Part shown: in pieces, positions 34,137 to 44,791 of the stretch
How positions within the stretch are numbered: the stretch's first letter is position 1
Layout of the letters: each line of letters begins with the position of its first letter
DNA from: an uncultured Clostridia bacterium
GTDB lineage: Bacteria > Bacillota > Clostridia > TANB77 > CAG-508
Direction of reading: 5' to 3'
Length of the DNA: 64,000 bases
NCBI GenBank assembly: GCA_963556825.1
Contig: CAUWAM010000006.1
Coordinates: 8,127 to 72,126 of the forward strand
The notes under the pieces: model-generated
The model's database searches: none
Told to the model about the DNA's origin: nothing
Seen by the model: only the letters and a program-made list of their open reading frames with translations
Made by a program: the position numbers and the translations under genes

Positions 34137-36101
34137 ATGAAATTTTTGAAAATAAATAAATTAAAAATAAATTCATATGGAAAATTAAAAGAAAAAGAAA
34201 TAAATTTAGAAAATGGAATAAATTTAATATATGGAGAAAATGAAGCAGGAAAATCAACATTAATAAAATTTATTATTAATTCTTTTTATGGAATTTCTAA
34301 AAATAAAAAAGGAAAAGAATTTTCAGATTATGAAAAATATAAACCTTGGAATGGAGAAGAATTTTCTGGAAAAATTGATTATGAATTAGATAATAATGGA
34401 AAATATCAAATATTTAGAGATTTTAATAAAAAAAATCCAAAAATATTTAATGAAAAAATGGAAGAGATTTCAAAAGAATTTAATATTGATAAAAATAAAG
34501 GAAATGAATTTTTTTACGAACAAACAAAAATAGATGAAGATTTATTTTTATCGACACTAGCTATTAATCAAAAAGAAATAAAATTAGAAAAACAAACTCA
34601 AAATATATTAATACAAAAAATTGCTAATTTAGTTGGTACAGGAGATGATAATATTTCATACAAAAGAGCGATAGACAGAATAAATAGAAGACAATTAGAT
34701 GAAATTGGAAGTGATAGGTCTAGAGAAAAGCCAATTAATTTAATTAACAGAAAAATAGAAGAGTTAGAAAATGAAAAACAAAAATTAGAAAAATATAAAG
34801 AATATAAATATGATTTCGAAGATGAAGAAAATAATTTAAATGAAGAAATTTTAAATTTAGAAAATGAAAATAAATTTTTAGTAGAAATAAAATTATTAAA
34901 TGAAAATCAAAAAATAGAAAAAGAAAAAATAAATATAAAAGAAAATATAAAAAAGGAAAATTTAGAAAAAATAAATGAAATAAAAAATAAAATAAATGAA
35001 ATAAAAAATGATAATAAAAATATTTATGAAAAATACTCAGAAAAAAAGGAAATAAAAAATAAAAGAAAAAATAAATTAAATAAAAAAATAATATTAAATT
35101 TAATAATATTAAGTTTGATTAATTTTTTACAATTTAAAATAATAAAAAATAAAATATTTAATTATATTTTTCTTCTTACAGTACCAATTGATTTAATTAT
35201 TTCATTATTTTTAATAAATAATAAAAATAAAAAAATAAAAAATAAAGAAAAAATAGAAAAAAAATTTTTTGAAAAAATAAATCAAGAAATAAATAATTTA
35301 AAAAATGAAATAAATATATTAGAAAATAATAATGATAAATTAGAAAATGAAATAAATAAATTAAAAAATAATTTTAATTTAAAAATTAATTTGGAAAAAG
35401 AAAAAATAAAAAATAAATATTTAAATAAAATACAAAAAAATAAAATAAATAATTATTTAGATTTAATTGAATTAGAAAAAATAAATTTTGAAATAGAAAA
35501 TATAAAAAATAAAATAAATAATTTAAAATTAAAATTACATTCATTAGATTTAGATAAAAAAAATATAGAACCCAAATTAGATGATTTATCAAAAATAGAA
35601 GAAGAATTAAGTTGCAATAATGAACAAAAGTTAAGTTTGCAAAAATTAAATTTAAGTATTATGCTTGCAAAACAAATTTTAGAAAAATCTTATGATGAAA
35701 TGAAAAACTCAGTAACTCCTAAGTTTACAGAGAATTTATCTAATAACATTTCTAAAATTACAAATGGAAAATATAACAAAGTTAAGTTTAATGAAGAAAC
35801 TGGACTAGTTGTAGAATTAGAAAATGGAGATAATGTATTAGCAGAGAAATTAAGTGTAGGAACAATAGACCAATTATATTTGTCATTAAGACTTTCAATG
35901 GTAGATGAATTATCTGAAGAAAAAGTTCCGATTTTATTAGACGAAGCTTTTGCATTTTATGATAATTCAAGATTAGAAAATATTTTAAAATATTTAAATA
36001 ACAATTATAAAAATAGACAAATAATTATTTTTACTTGTACAGATAGAGAAAAAGATATATTAAATAAAAATAATATAATATTTAATTATATACAATTATA
36101 A
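34137..36101 (+). CDS. SbcC/Rad50-like AAA ATPase (YhaN-like) with a hydrophobic hairpin inside the coiled coil
   Basis: Walker A GENEAGKST, long K/N/E/I coiled coil, signature-like LSVGTIDQLYLSLRL, Walker B PILLDEAF. Two hydrophobic stretches are encoded around 35087-35222. Confidence 0.8.
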   Translation: MKFLKINKLKINSYGKLKEKEINLENGINLIYGENEAGKSTLIKFIINSFYGISKNKKGKEFSDYEKYKPWNGEEFSGKIDYELDNNGKYQIFRDFNKKNPKIFNEKMEEISKEFNIDKNKGNEFFYEQTKIDEDLFLSTLAINQKEIKLEKQTQNILIQKIANLVGTGDDNISYKRAIDRINRRQLDEIGSDRSREKPINLINRKIEELENEKQKLEKYKEYKYDFEDEENNLNEEILNLENENKFLVEIKLLNENQKIEKEKINIKENIKKENLEKINEIKNKINEIKNDNKNIYEKYSEKKEIKNKRKNKLNKKIILNLIILSLINFLQFKIIKNKIFNYIFLLTVPIDLIISLFLINNKNKKIKNKEKIEKKFFEKINQEINNLKNEINILENNNDKLENEINKLKNNFNLKINLEKEKIKNKYLNKIQKNKINNYLDLIELEKINFEIENIKNKINNLKLKLHSLDLDKKNIEPKLDDLSKIEEELSCNNEQKLSLQKLNLSIMLAKQILEKSYDEMKNSVTPKFTENLSNNISKITNGKYNKVKFNEETGLVVELENGDNVLAEKLSVGTIDQLYLSLRLSMVDELSEEKVPILLDEAFAFYDNSRLENILKYLNNNYKNRQIIIFTCTDREKDILNKNNIIFNYIQL

Positions 36102-36124
36102 ATTTGTTAAATAATACTAATTAC

Positions 36125-36153
36125 TTGAAAAAAACGAAAAAAAATAGTATAAT
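36125..36153 (+). promoter_or_regulatory. SigA-type promoter (TTGAAA, 17-bp spacer, TATAAT)
   Basis: TTGAAA 36125-36130; TATAAT 36148-36153. Confidence 0.6.
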
Positions 36154-36184
36154 ACATAAAGTTTAAAAGTAAAGGAGAATATTT

Positions 36185-37246
36185 ATGTTTGAAAAATTAG
36201 AAGCAGTAGAAAAAAGATATGAAGAATTAACAAAAATGATTAGTGACCCAGAAGTAATATCTAATCAATCAGAATGGCAAAAATTAATGAAGGAACATGC
36301 AAGCATAGAAGATATAGTATTAAAATTTAGAGAATATAAAAAAGCAAAAGAAGCTATGGAAGAAGCAAAAGAAATGATGGAAGATAAAGAACTAAAGGAA
36401 CTAGCAGAGGTTGAATATTATGATAATAAAGAAAAATTACCCAAGCTAGAAGAAGAACTAAAATTTCTTTTAATTCCTAAAGATCCAGATGATGATAAAA
36501 ACATTATTTGTGAAATAAGAGCAGGAGCTGGTGGAGAAGAAGCAGCATTATTTGCAGGAACATTATTTAGAATGTACACAATGTATTCAGAAAGAAAACA
36601 TTGGAAAATAGAAGTGTTAAATGAAAATGAAACAGGACTTGGTGGTTATAAAGAAATTACATTTATGATTACAGGTAAAGGTGTTTATAGTAGATTAAAA
36701 TTTGAAAGTGGTGTACATAGAGTACAAAGAGTTCCAGATACAGAAAGTAGTGGAAGAATACATACATCAACAGCAACTGTAGCAGTACTTCCTGTTGTTG
36801 AAGATGTTGAGATAGAAATAAATCCAGCAGATATAAAAATGGAAGTTTTCCGTGCCTCAGGTGCAGGAGGACAACATATTAATAAAACATCCTCAGCTGT
36901 AAGACTTATACATGAACCAACTGGAATTGTTGTTGAATGTCAAACTGAAAGATCTCAATTCCAAAATAAAGATAATGCGATGAGAATGCTTAGAACTAAA
37001 TTATATGAAATAGAAAAACAAAAACAAGATAGTGAAGTTGCTAATGCAAGAAAATCTCAAGTAGGTTCAGGAGATAGAAGTGAAAAAATAAGAACATATA
37101 ATTACCCTCAAGGAAGAATAACAGACCATAGAATTGGAATGAGTATTTATCAAATGGAAAATTTCCTAAATGGAGATATTGATGAAATGATAGACAATTT
37201 AATTGCAGCAGATAGAGCTGAAAGATTAAAGGGTGAAGAAGAATAA
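36185..37246 (+). CDS. prfA: Peptide chain release factor 1
   Basis: [24 protein letters not shown] (PxT region) and [16 protein letters not shown] (GGQ); 353 aa. Confidence 0.95.
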   Translation: MFEKLEAVEKRYEELTKMISDPEVISNQSEWQKLMKEHASIEDIVLKFREYKKAKEAMEEAKEMMEDKELKELAEVEYYDNKEKLPKLEEELKFLLIPKDPDDDKNIICEIRAGAGGEEAALFAGTLFRMYTMYSERKHWKIEVLNENETGLGGYKEITFMITGKGVYSRLKFESGVHRVQRVPDTESSGRIHTSTATVAVLPVVEDVEIEINPADIKMEVFRASGAGGQHINKTSSAVRLIHEPTGIVVECQTERSQFQNKDNAMRMLRTKLYEIEKQKQDSEVANARKSQVGSGDRSEKIRTYNYPQGRITDHRIGMSIYQMENFLNGDIDEMIDNLIAADRAERLKGEEE

Positions 37247-37277
37247 GATGTGTACTAAAATACACATCTTTTTTTAT
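37245..37277 (+). terminator. Rho-independent terminator
   Basis: aagatgtgta / tacacatctt stem followed by a T-run. Confidence 0.85.
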
Positions 37278-37349
37278 AATAAAAATAAAGTAATAAAATA
37301 AGAAAACAAAAATAAACTAGTATAAAAAGTAAAAAAGGAGATTTTGAAA

Positions 37350-38093
37350 ATGAGCGAAATCTTAAAAACAACATTACTAGGTTTGTTTTTTGGAACATTT
37401 GGAACAACAATAGGTGGAATATTAGGAATAATAATAAAGAAAAATTCAAACAAATTTTTAAGTTTTATTTTATCATTTGCATCAGGACTGATGATGGCTA
37501 TTATATGTTTTGATTTAATACCAGAAGCTTTAGGAATTAGTAATATTTATGGAGTCATTTTTGGAGTATTAATAGGAATAATTTCAATGATTTTTTGCGA
37601 TATTATAGTTCAAAGAAATTTTAATCTAAAAGAAAAAAAGTATAAGGCAAGTAATGATTTATTAAAAACAGGAATAATTGTTTCAATAGGATTAGCAATA
37701 CATAATTTCCCAGAAGGATTAGCAATAGGTTCTGGTTTTGAAGCATCTTTAAAATTAGGATTAAGTTTAGCAATTGCGATATGTTTGCATGATATACCAG
37801 AAGGAATATCAATGTCAGTACCTATGAAAAATGGAGGAATGTCAAAAATAAAAGTTATTTTTTATGTAATATTATCTGGAATAACAACAGGATTAGGTGC
37901 ATTTTTTGGAGCAATTGTTGGTTCAATATCAGAAAATGTAATAGCTATTTGCCTAAGCTTTGCAGCTGGTGCAATGTTATATATTGTGTCAGGAGAATTA
38001 ATACCAGAATCAAATAAGCTATATAAAGGTAGAATGTCTGCTATTGGAAATATGATTGGATTTATTATTGGTATTTTTGCCACTCAATTATAA
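37350..38093 (+). CDS. zupT: ZIP-family divalent metal (zinc) transporter, ZupT-like
   Basis: HNFPEGLAIG and HDIPEGISM motifs; 8 TM. ATG 37350 lies 9 nt after AAGGAG. Confidence 0.85.
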   Translation: MSEILKTTLLGLFFGTFGTTIGGILGIIIKKNSNKFLSFILSFASGLMMAIICFDLIPEALGISNIYGVIFGVLIGIISMIFCDIIVQRNFNLKEKKYKASNDLLKTGIIVSIGLAIHNFPEGLAIGSGFEASLKLGLSLAIAICLHDIPEGISMSVPMKNGGMSKIKVIFYVILSGITTGLGAFFGAIVGSISENVIAICLSFAAGAMLYIVSGELIPESNKLYKGRMSAIGNMIGFIIGIFATQL

Positions 38094-38110
38094 AAAAATA
38101 AAAGTTTTGT

Positions 38111-38147
38111 TGTAAATTAACAAAACTTTATTTTTTTATATAATAGA
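38111..38147. terminator. Bidirectional terminator (zupT / 38117-39838)
   Basis: aaagttttgtt / aacaaaacttt stem with T-runs on both sides. Overlaps the last codons of the minus-strand gene. Confidence 0.7.
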
Positions 38148-39838
38148 TATATTAAATAGCTAATAAAAGTAATACTAGAAATAACAATACAAATTTTATG
38201 AAGTTTAGTAGCATGAAAAGAAACTTCAAAAATTCCATTAATATCAGAACCTAGATTAACTTGAATTAAACCATGTTCAGATTCTGTACATTCTAAACTA
38301 ATTGATTTGTTGCTATCAGATGGGATATATTTTACTACATATCCTTTATAGAACAAGAAAGGTAATTCTAGAGTAGTATTTTCAGCCACATTATCAATAT
38401 TAAATTTTAATGTTCCATTTTTTTTATTTTCATTATAAATATTAGCGGTGCCACATAAAACATGTACTTTATTATCATGATTTACAACATAGTTTATAGA
38501 ATCAATTGCTTTTTGAGGCCAATATTCTAAAAATGATGAATATCTACTTACTTTGTAATTTGTATCAATAATTTCTTTTTCAGTAAAATAAGAATAATCA
38601 AGTTCTCTAAAATTTAAGTTTTTAACAAAACTTAGACTATATAAGCAACTTAACATGTAAATTATTAAAAATGGTATTGTTAGTAATTTAATTTTTTCTT
38701 TATTTTTTAATTTTTTAATAATTAATTCAATTAAAATTCCTAAATTAACTCCACCAATAATAGAAAAACATAAAATAATAATTCCTAGTAATCTCCATGG
38801 AAATTGAATCATTAATAAAATATTTGGTAATATATGCCATGGAAATAAATTTGTTGACATTATTGTTGCTATAATTCCTAAAATAAATAGAAAATTATAA
38901 ATTTTTTTATATTCTATAGAAATTTTATTTTTGATAAAAGGATATAATAATACACATATTATAATTGGTAGACCAATACAAAAATATAGGCTTGAATCTG
39001 GACCAGGTGCATTAGAATATAATAATTGTAAAGGGTTTAATGCATGAGAAGATACTAAACTTTTACTATACATTTTTCCATATCTAAATACTTCATAGTC
39101 AGATGAGGATTTTTGTTCTAATAATGGAATTTCAAAAAATAATACACATAAAATTATTATTAATGCAGAAGATATTAAAGATTTTAAAATTTTAGTATTT
39201 TTTAATTTTTTGAAATTTACTAATACAAATGCTATACCTATAAAAAAAGTCATTAGAGTGCTAATATTATGTGAAAGTATTAGTCCAATAGTTCCAAAAA
39301 CAAACAAGTAAGATTTTTCTGTTTTTCCTTGAAATATAAGATAAATACCATGTAATACAATAGGGATAAATACAAAACCAAGTATTTCTCCAACAGCAAC
39401 TCTATTGTAGGCATTTAAAATTCTATAAGGAGCTATTAAATATAGTATGCTAGATATTAATGAAATTAAATTATTTTTTGTTAATGTATTAACAAATTTG
39501 AACATTGCTATTCCAGATGCAACAAAAGTAAAAAATAAAAATAATTTCATACCAAGTATAATGTTATTAGTTAAAAGAGAAAATATCATAGTTATAATTG
39601 TTGAAATTGGTGGATAAAATAAATTCCATCCAAATCCTAAATTATTTGAAAATCTAGAGATTACAAATGGTGAGTTTCCATTTATAATTTGTTCAACTGT
39701 TCCAAATACTCTTGAAATATGAAATTCCCCATCATGTCCTGTATGAATTCCATTTTGAAAAAGAGGAATACACATTATTATTGAGGTAATGAGTATTATA
39801 GAATAACATATAAATTTCTTTCTTGTTATTTTTTTCAT
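38117..39838 (-). CDS. Polytopic membrane protein, probable GT-C-type glycosyltransferase (YfhO/ArnT-like) with a C-terminal extracytoplasmic domain
   Basis: At least 12 predicted TM segments. N-terminal loop GIHTGHDGEFHISRV resembles the D-x-x-FH-x-x-R loop of YfhO-type proteins. The functional call is tentative. Confidence 0.55.
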   Translation of the reverse strand: MKKITRKKFICYSIILITSIIMCIPLFQNGIHTGHDGEFHISRVFGTVEQIINGNSPFVISRFSNNLGFGWNLFYPPISTIITMIFSLLTNNIILGMKLFLFFTFVASGIAMFKFVNTLTKNNLISLISSILYLIAPYRILNAYNRVAVGEILGFVFIPIVLHGIYLIFQGKTEKSYLFVFGTIGLILSHNISTLMTFFIGIAFVLVNFKKLKNTKILKSLISSALIIILCVLFFEIPLLEQKSSSDYEVFRYGKMYSKSLVSSHALNPLQLLYSNAPGPDSSLYFCIGLPIIICVLLYPFIKNKISIEYKKIYNFLFILGIIATIMSTNLFPWHILPNILLMIQFPWRLLGIIILCFSIIGGVNLGILIELIIKKLKNKEKIKLLTIPFLIIYMLSCLYSLSFVKNLNFRELDYSYFTEKEIIDTNYKVSRYSSFLEYWPQKAIDSINYVVNHDNKVHVLCGTANIYNENKKNGTLKFNIDNVAENTTLELPFLFYKGYVVKYIPSDSNKSISLECTESEHGLIQVNLGSDINGIFEVSFHATKLHKICIVISSITFISYLIYLLYKKIKFC

Positions 39839-39935
39839 ATTTATCTCCTTATTTTTGGCTATATTATATAGTATAACTAAAAAAAATGCAAATTTTACTC
39901 ATGCGAAAAAATGTTTGTGAAAATTAAAAAATCTA

Positions 39936-39964
39936 TTGACTTTTAATGAGAGGAATTATATAAT
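39936..39964 (+). promoter_or_regulatory. SigA-type promoter (TTGACT, 17-bp spacer, TATAAT)
   Basis: TTGACT 39936-39941; TATAAT 39959-39964. Confidence 0.6.
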
Positions 39965-40000
39965 TTGAAAGAAAAAATATAATAAGAATGGAGAACAAAA

Positions 40001-42301
40001 ATGCAAGAAATATTAAAACAATTAAATGATAAACAGTACGAAGCCGTAGTAAATACAGAAGGACCATGTTTAGTAATTGCAGGTGCAGGAAGTGGAAAAA
40101 CAAAAGTATTAACACATAAAATAGCATATTTGATAGATGAAAAAGGAGTTTTGCCATGGAATATATTAGCAATAACTTTTACAAATAAGGCAGCAAATGA
40201 AATGAAAGAAAGAATAGAAACATTAGTAGGAGATGTTGCAAAAGATATTTGGATGGGAACATTTCACTCAGTTTGTGTGCGTATTTTGAGAAGATTTATA
40301 GATAGAATTGGATTTGATTCTTCATTTATAATATTTGATACAAGTGACCAAAGAACATTAATAAAAACATGTATAAAAAATATTGGTTTAGATGATAAAA
40401 TGTTTACTGACAGATCTGTTCAATCTGAAATTAGTAATGCAAAGAATGAAATGCTTGAACCAGAGCAATATACAGTAAGAGCAAATGGAGATTTTAGAAA
40501 AGAAAAAATAGCATTAGTTTATGAAATGTATCAAAAGAGATTAAAAGAAAACAATGCAATAGACTTTGATGATATTATAAATTATACAATAAAAATTTTA
40601 ATGGACAATCCAGATGTATTACAATATTATGCAGATAAATTTAAATATGTTTTAGTTGATGAATATCAAGATACAAATAAATCGCAATTTACATTAGTAA
40701 CTTTGTTAGCATCAATAAATGGTAATATAACAGTAGTTGGAGATAATGATCAAGGTATTTATAGCTTTAGAGGAGCTGATATTTCAAATATTTTGAATTT
40801 TGAAAGAGATTTTCCTGGAACAAAAATAATCAAATTAGAGCAAAATTATAGATGTACAGGAAATATATTAAAAGCTGCTAATTCTGTAATAAAAAACAAT
40901 GAAGTAAAATATAAAAAACAACTATGGACTGAAAATGACGAAGGTAATTTACCAAAAGTATATTCAGCAAAAAATGAGTATGATGAAGGAACATATATAG
41001 CAACTCAAATTGAGCATTTAAGAAGAGAAGAAAACTATAATTATTCTGATTTTGCTATTTTATATAGAATGAATACACAATCAAGAGCAATAGAGGAGAT
41101 TCTAAGAAGAGAGGGAATAGCTTATAAAATTATAGGAGGATTAAAGTTTTATGAAAGAAAAGAGATAAAAGATATTATTTCTTATTTAAGATTAATACAA
41201 AATCCATCAGACAATATAAGTTTAAAGAGAATAATAAATGAACCTAAAAGAGGAATTGGAAAAACAAGTTTAGAAAATATAGAAAAAATAGCAGAAGATA
41301 CTGGAATATCAATGTATGAAATTATAAAAAATGCAGATCAATATGGATTAAATAGGGTATTTTTAAATTCTAGAGAGTTTGTAAATGTAATAGAAGAATT
41401 AAGAAGTAAAAAAGATGATATGAAAATATCAGAATTAATAAAAGAAACATTAAAAAAATCAGGATATACAAAAGCATTAGAAGAAGAAAATACAATAGAA
41501 GCTGAAAATAGAATAGAAAACTTGGATGAATTTTTAACTGTAGCAATCGAATTTGAAGATGAATCAGCTGAAAATAAATTAAGTGACTTTTTGGAAGGAA
41601 TAACTTTATCAAGTGACATAGATAATATGGAAGAAACAGATGATACTGTTACACTTATGACATTACATAGTGCAAAAGGTTTGGAATTTCCTGTGGTATT
41701 TTTAGTAGGAATGGAAGAAGGTATTTTTCCTGGTTATAAATCTATTTCAGAGCCAAAAGAATTGGAAGAGGAAAGAAGACTTTGTTATGTTGGGATTACA
41801 AGAGCTAAGAAAAATCTATTTTTGACATGTAGTAAGCAAAGAACAATTTTTGGTTCTACAAGTTGTAATCCAATATCTAGATTTTTAAAAGAAATTCCAG
41901 AAGAATTATTAGATGGTTATGATGAGGCACTTGGTGATAATAGAAAAAGTGATAATTTTGCAGATTCAAAATATACATGGACATATGGTAGTAAAGATAA
42001 TGGAAATATAAAAACATATAAAATTGATAAAAAAGAACCAGTATCTGTGGCATCTAATGTTGCTGGATTTGCATTTAGAACTGCAGAAAGTTTCTTGAAT
42101 TCAATAAATAAAAAAGCAACGGGTTTAAATGTAGACCTGTCACAATATAAAGCTGGAGTTAGAATCTTCCATAAAAAGTTTGGAGAGGGAACAATTAGCG
42201 TAGTTGAGCCAGAAGGAGATGATTTAAAAGTAGATATAAATTTTGATAAAGTAGGACATAAGAGATTAATGGCTAGATATGCTAATTTAGAAGTAATTTA
42301 A
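40001..42301 (+). CDS. pcrA: ATP-dependent DNA helicase PcrA (UvrD family)
   Basis: AGAGSGKTKVLTHK, VDEYQDTN, TLHSAKGLEFPVVFL, VGITRAK; 766 aa. Confidence 0.95.
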   Translation: MQEILKQLNDKQYEAVVNTEGPCLVIAGAGSGKTKVLTHKIAYLIDEKGVLPWNILAITFTNKAANEMKERIETLVGDVAKDIWMGTFHSVCVRILRRFIDRIGFDSSFIIFDTSDQRTLIKTCIKNIGLDDKMFTDRSVQSEISNAKNEMLEPEQYTVRANGDFRKEKIALVYEMYQKRLKENNAIDFDDIINYTIKILMDNPDVLQYYADKFKYVLVDEYQDTNKSQFTLVTLLASINGNITVVGDNDQGIYSFRGADISNILNFERDFPGTKIIKLEQNYRCTGNILKAANSVIKNNEVKYKKQLWTENDEGNLPKVYSAKNEYDEGTYIATQIEHLRREENYNYSDFAILYRMNTQSRAIEEILRREGIAYKIIGGLKFYERKEIKDIISYLRLIQNPSDNISLKRIINEPKRGIGKTSLENIEKIAEDTGISMYEIIKNADQYGLNRVFLNSREFVNVIEELRSKKDDMKISELIKETLKKSGYTKALEEENTIEAENRIENLDEFLTVAIEFEDESAENKLSDFLEGITLSSDIDNMEETDDTVTLMTLHSAKGLEFPVVFLVGMEEGIFPGYKSISEPKELEEERRLCYVGITRAKKNLFLTCSKQRTIFGSTSCNPISRFLKEIPEELLDGYDEALGDNRKSDNFADSKYTWTYGSKDNGNIKTYKIDKKEPVSVASNVAGFAFRTAESFLNSINKKATGLNVDLSQYKAGVRIFHKKFGEGTISVVEPEGDDLKVDINFDKVGHKRLMARYANLEVI

Positions 42302-42311
42302 AAAACAAAAA

Positions 42312-42348
42312 AACGGAAAATGAAATTATTTATTTTCTGTTTTTTTTT
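42312..42348 (+). terminator. Rho-independent terminator
   Basis: aacggaaaat / attttctgtt stem followed by a long T-run. Confidence 0.75.
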
Positions 42349-42409
42349 GTATATAAAAATAAAAAAAGGAAATAATGAAAAGAGATTATAAATGAAAGGA
42401 ATGATAAAA

Positions 42410-42598
42410 ATGGCAGAATTAACACAAGCAGAACTACAACATTTAAGACATTTAATAGGAGGACACGAAACAGTGTATCAAAAATTAAACACATATTCAT
42501 CTCAAGCAGTAGATCCACAAATAAAACAAATATTTACAAAAGCTGCTCAGGATAGTTTAAATACAAAACAAAAATTAATGTCTTTTTTAAATAATTAA
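42410..42598 (+). CDS. Small helical protein upstream of a CotF-like gene (possible coat-associated partner)
   Basis: MAELTQAELQHLRHLIGGHETVYQKLNTYSSQAVDPQIKQIF...; translationally adjacent to the next gene. Confidence 0.55.
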   Translation: MAELTQAELQHLRHLIGGHETVYQKLNTYSSQAVDPQIKQIFTKAAQDSLNTKQKLMSFLNN

Positions 42599-42614
42599 TT
42601 AAGGAGGAGAAAAA

Positions 42615-42860
42615 ATGGACGAAAAAACAATGGTAAATGATATTTTATCAGGAGTAAAAGCTGATTTAACTGCTTATCAAACAGCAATATCAGAATCAGA
42701 AAATATGAATTTAAGACAAACATTTCAACAAATTAGAAATAATGATGAAAGTTTCCAATTTGAATTGTTTAAAATAGCTCAAACAAAAGGATATTATAAA
42801 CCAGCTCAAAAGGCAACAACAACAGAAATTGAAACTGTTAAAACAGAATTACAACAATAA
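42615..42860 (+). CDS. Coat F domain (spore coat protein F-like) protein
   Basis: MVNDILSGVKADLTAYQTAISESENMNLRQTFQQIRNNDESFQFELFKIAQTKGYY matches the Coat_F layout. AAGGAGGAG RBS. Confidence 0.7.
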   Translation: MDEKTMVNDILSGVKADLTAYQTAISESENMNLRQTFQQIRNNDESFQFELFKIAQTKGYYKPAQKATTTEIETVKTELQQ

Positions 42861-43045
42861 TAGAAGTGTGTTACTTAAAGTAACATGCTTTTTAAATTTA
42901 AAAAATTAAAAATATAGAAAATAAAAATAAATAAAAGATAAAATGAAAAAAACTTAAAAAAGTTACGGAAATTTATTAAAGAGGGTCTTGCAAAAAAATA
43001 AAAAAAGATATAATATTATAACATAATTTGATAAGGAGAAATATT

Positions 43046-44041
43046 ATGTTTAAAAAATTATTGATACATACAAGAAGATCAATAAAGTTAATAATATTAA
43101 TATCTTTAGCAGCATTACTAATTTTAGCATGTATAGCATCATTTTATAAAATAAGTTATAGTGTAACTATAAATGGAGAAATGATAGGATATACAGACAA
43201 TAAAAGTAAATTACAAACAAAAATAAATGACTATATTGAAAATGGTGAAAATGAAAATACAGCATTTGTACAAGTTGATAATTTACCAGAATACAAAGTA
43301 TGCTTGTTAAAAAGAGATGTAGAAGCAAGTGATGACGATATTTTTAATACAATAAAATCAGAAGGAACAACATATTATAGATATTATTCAATAAATGAAA
43401 ATGAAAATGAAAAATTATATGTTGCAAATTTTTCTGAAGCAGAAGATATTGTTAATCAATTAAAAGAAAAAAATAGCAAAAATATGAATGAAATAACAAT
43501 TTCTGAAAAATACGAAACACAAATTCAAGATTTCACTTCTGTAGAAGATGCAGTTTCTAAGTTATATGTAGAAAAGCCAAAAGTTGTAGTAGCAAAAGCT
43601 GATAGAAACTCTAGTGGAAAAGTAAATACTGCAACAACCATATCTGGGGGAAAAGTAAGTTTGGGAATTTCTTTAGCTAAACCAGTATCTGGAATTATTT
43701 CTTCAAGATTTGGTGCAAGAAGTAGTATAAGGAGTTCAGCACATACAGGATTAGATATTGCAGCATCAACAGGAACACCAATTTTTGCAGCTGCTTCAGG
43801 AACAGTAACATTCTCAGGACGTAAAGGATCATATGGAAACTTGCTTGTTATTACTCATAGTAATGGAGTCCAAACATATTATGGACATTGTAGTAAATTA
43901 TATGTTCCAGCAGGTACAACAGTATCACAAGGACAAAAAATTGCAGCTGTGGGAAATACTGGTAATTCAACTGGACCACATTTACACTTTGAAATAAGAG
44001 TTAATGGAGTGGCATATAACCCACAAAATTATTTATATTAA
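43046..44041 (+). CDS. Membrane-anchored M23 (LytM-type) metallopeptidase
   Basis: HTGLDIAA (HxxxD), GNTGNSTGPHLHFEIR (HxH); N-terminal TM. ATG 43046 follows AAGGAG. Confidence 0.85.
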   Translation: MFKKLLIHTRRSIKLIILISLAALLILACIASFYKISYSVTINGEMIGYTDNKSKLQTKINDYIENGENENTAFVQVDNLPEYKVCLLKRDVEASDDDIFNTIKSEGTTYYRYYSINENENEKLYVANFSEAEDIVNQLKEKNSKNMNEITISEKYETQIQDFTSVEDAVSKLYVEKPKVVVAKADRNSSGKVNTATTISGGKVSLGISLAKPVSGIISSRFGARSSIRSSAHTGLDIAASTGTPIFAAASGTVTFSGRKGSYGNLLVITHSNGVQTYYGHCSKLYVPAGTTVSQGQKIAAVGNTGNSTGPHLHFEIRVNGVAYNPQNYLY

Positions 44042-44046
44042 TAGAG

Positions 44047-44084
44047 AACAATCCACAATATATTACAAATTGTGGATTGTTTTA
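44047..44084. terminator. Bidirectional terminator (M23 / mecA)
   Basis: aacaatccacaat / attgtggattgtt 13-bp stem. Confidence 0.8.
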
Positions 44085-44087
44085 TAT

Positions 44088-44699
44088 TTATTTATTAAAA
44101 ATATTAATTGTTTTATTAATAGCATTTTTCTTAAAAATTAATTTCCCATGTTCTTTCAATTTTAATTCAAAGTTTTTTGAAAATTGTTTATATGTAAAAA
44201 ATTCAGAAATATAATTGTTAAATTTTTTAAAATTTGATTCAGAGACATTTATATTTTCTAATATTAAATAGTAAGTGTTATTGTATAAGTATAAAGAATT
44301 GTTTTTACAAAATGTATTAATATTTATATTAGTATTTAAAAGCATTTCACAAAAATAACAAAAATCTTCAAATTCATTAAAATTAATTATTTTAAATAAT
44401 GTATTTGAATTATTGTTTGATTTTTTCTTGACTTTTAGTTTTTTTGATTCATTATCTAGGTATTTGGTTATAGTAAAAATAAAAATATCATCAGAAGAAG
44501 AAAAAGTTTCAATTAGAAGTTTATAGCCATCAATATCAAAGTCAAATTCTTCTTTAGCTTTATTTAGTATTTTTAGAAAAAGACTTTGTGATTCAATGCT
44601 TTTTAAAACAAATTTATGTAGGTCAATATCATTAGATTCCATATCTTCTTGTTTAATAATTATTCTTATTTTATTTTCAGTTAATTTTTCAATTTTCAT
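44088..44699 (-). CDS. mecA: Adaptor protein MecA
   Basis: MKIEKLTENKIRIII.., FNEFEDFCYF...SLYLYNNTYYLIL and LKEHGKLIFKKNAINKTINIF align to B. subtilis MecA landmarks. Confidence 0.65.
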   Translation of the reverse strand: MKIEKLTENKIRIIIKQEDMESNDIDLHKFVLKSIESQSLFLKILNKAKEEFDFDIDGYKLLIETFSSSDDIFIFTITKYLDNESKKLKVKKKSNNNSNTLFKIINFNEFEDFCYFCEMLLNTNININTFCKNNSLYLYNNTYYLILENINVSESNFKKFNNYISEFFTYKQFSKNFELKLKEHGKLIFKKNAINKTINIFNK

Positions 44700-44791
44700 T
44701 ACAAAACCTCCAGTAATCATTAATTATATTATACTACTATTATTATTATATTTAAATGCACAATTTTTGGTAATAAAATTATTGAAATTAC

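Noticed and set aside
34800-35600. Dense short periodic repeats (aaaaataaaataaat... and similar) that look like a satellite or CRISPR-like array.
   Set aside because: No constant repeat with unique spacers of regular length is present. The stretch stays in one open frame inside the SbcC-like gene and encodes its K/N/E/I coiled coil. An ORF this long in stop-codon-prone AT-rich DNA argues for coding.
36700-36760. RF1 decoding tripeptide reads PDT rather than the textbook PAT/PVT.
   Set aside because: The middle residue of the PxT motif is variable among bacteria, and acidic residues occur (from memory). The GGQ motif and the rest of the protein are canonical. No sign of stop-codon reassignment was seen: TAA and TAG stops are used, and no in-frame TGA occurs in the confident genes.
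42866-42896. Hairpin after the CotF-like gene, considered as a terminator.
   Set aside because: The stem is only 7 bp and includes a G:U pair (gtgttac/gtaacat). It is plausible but too weak to list as a feature.
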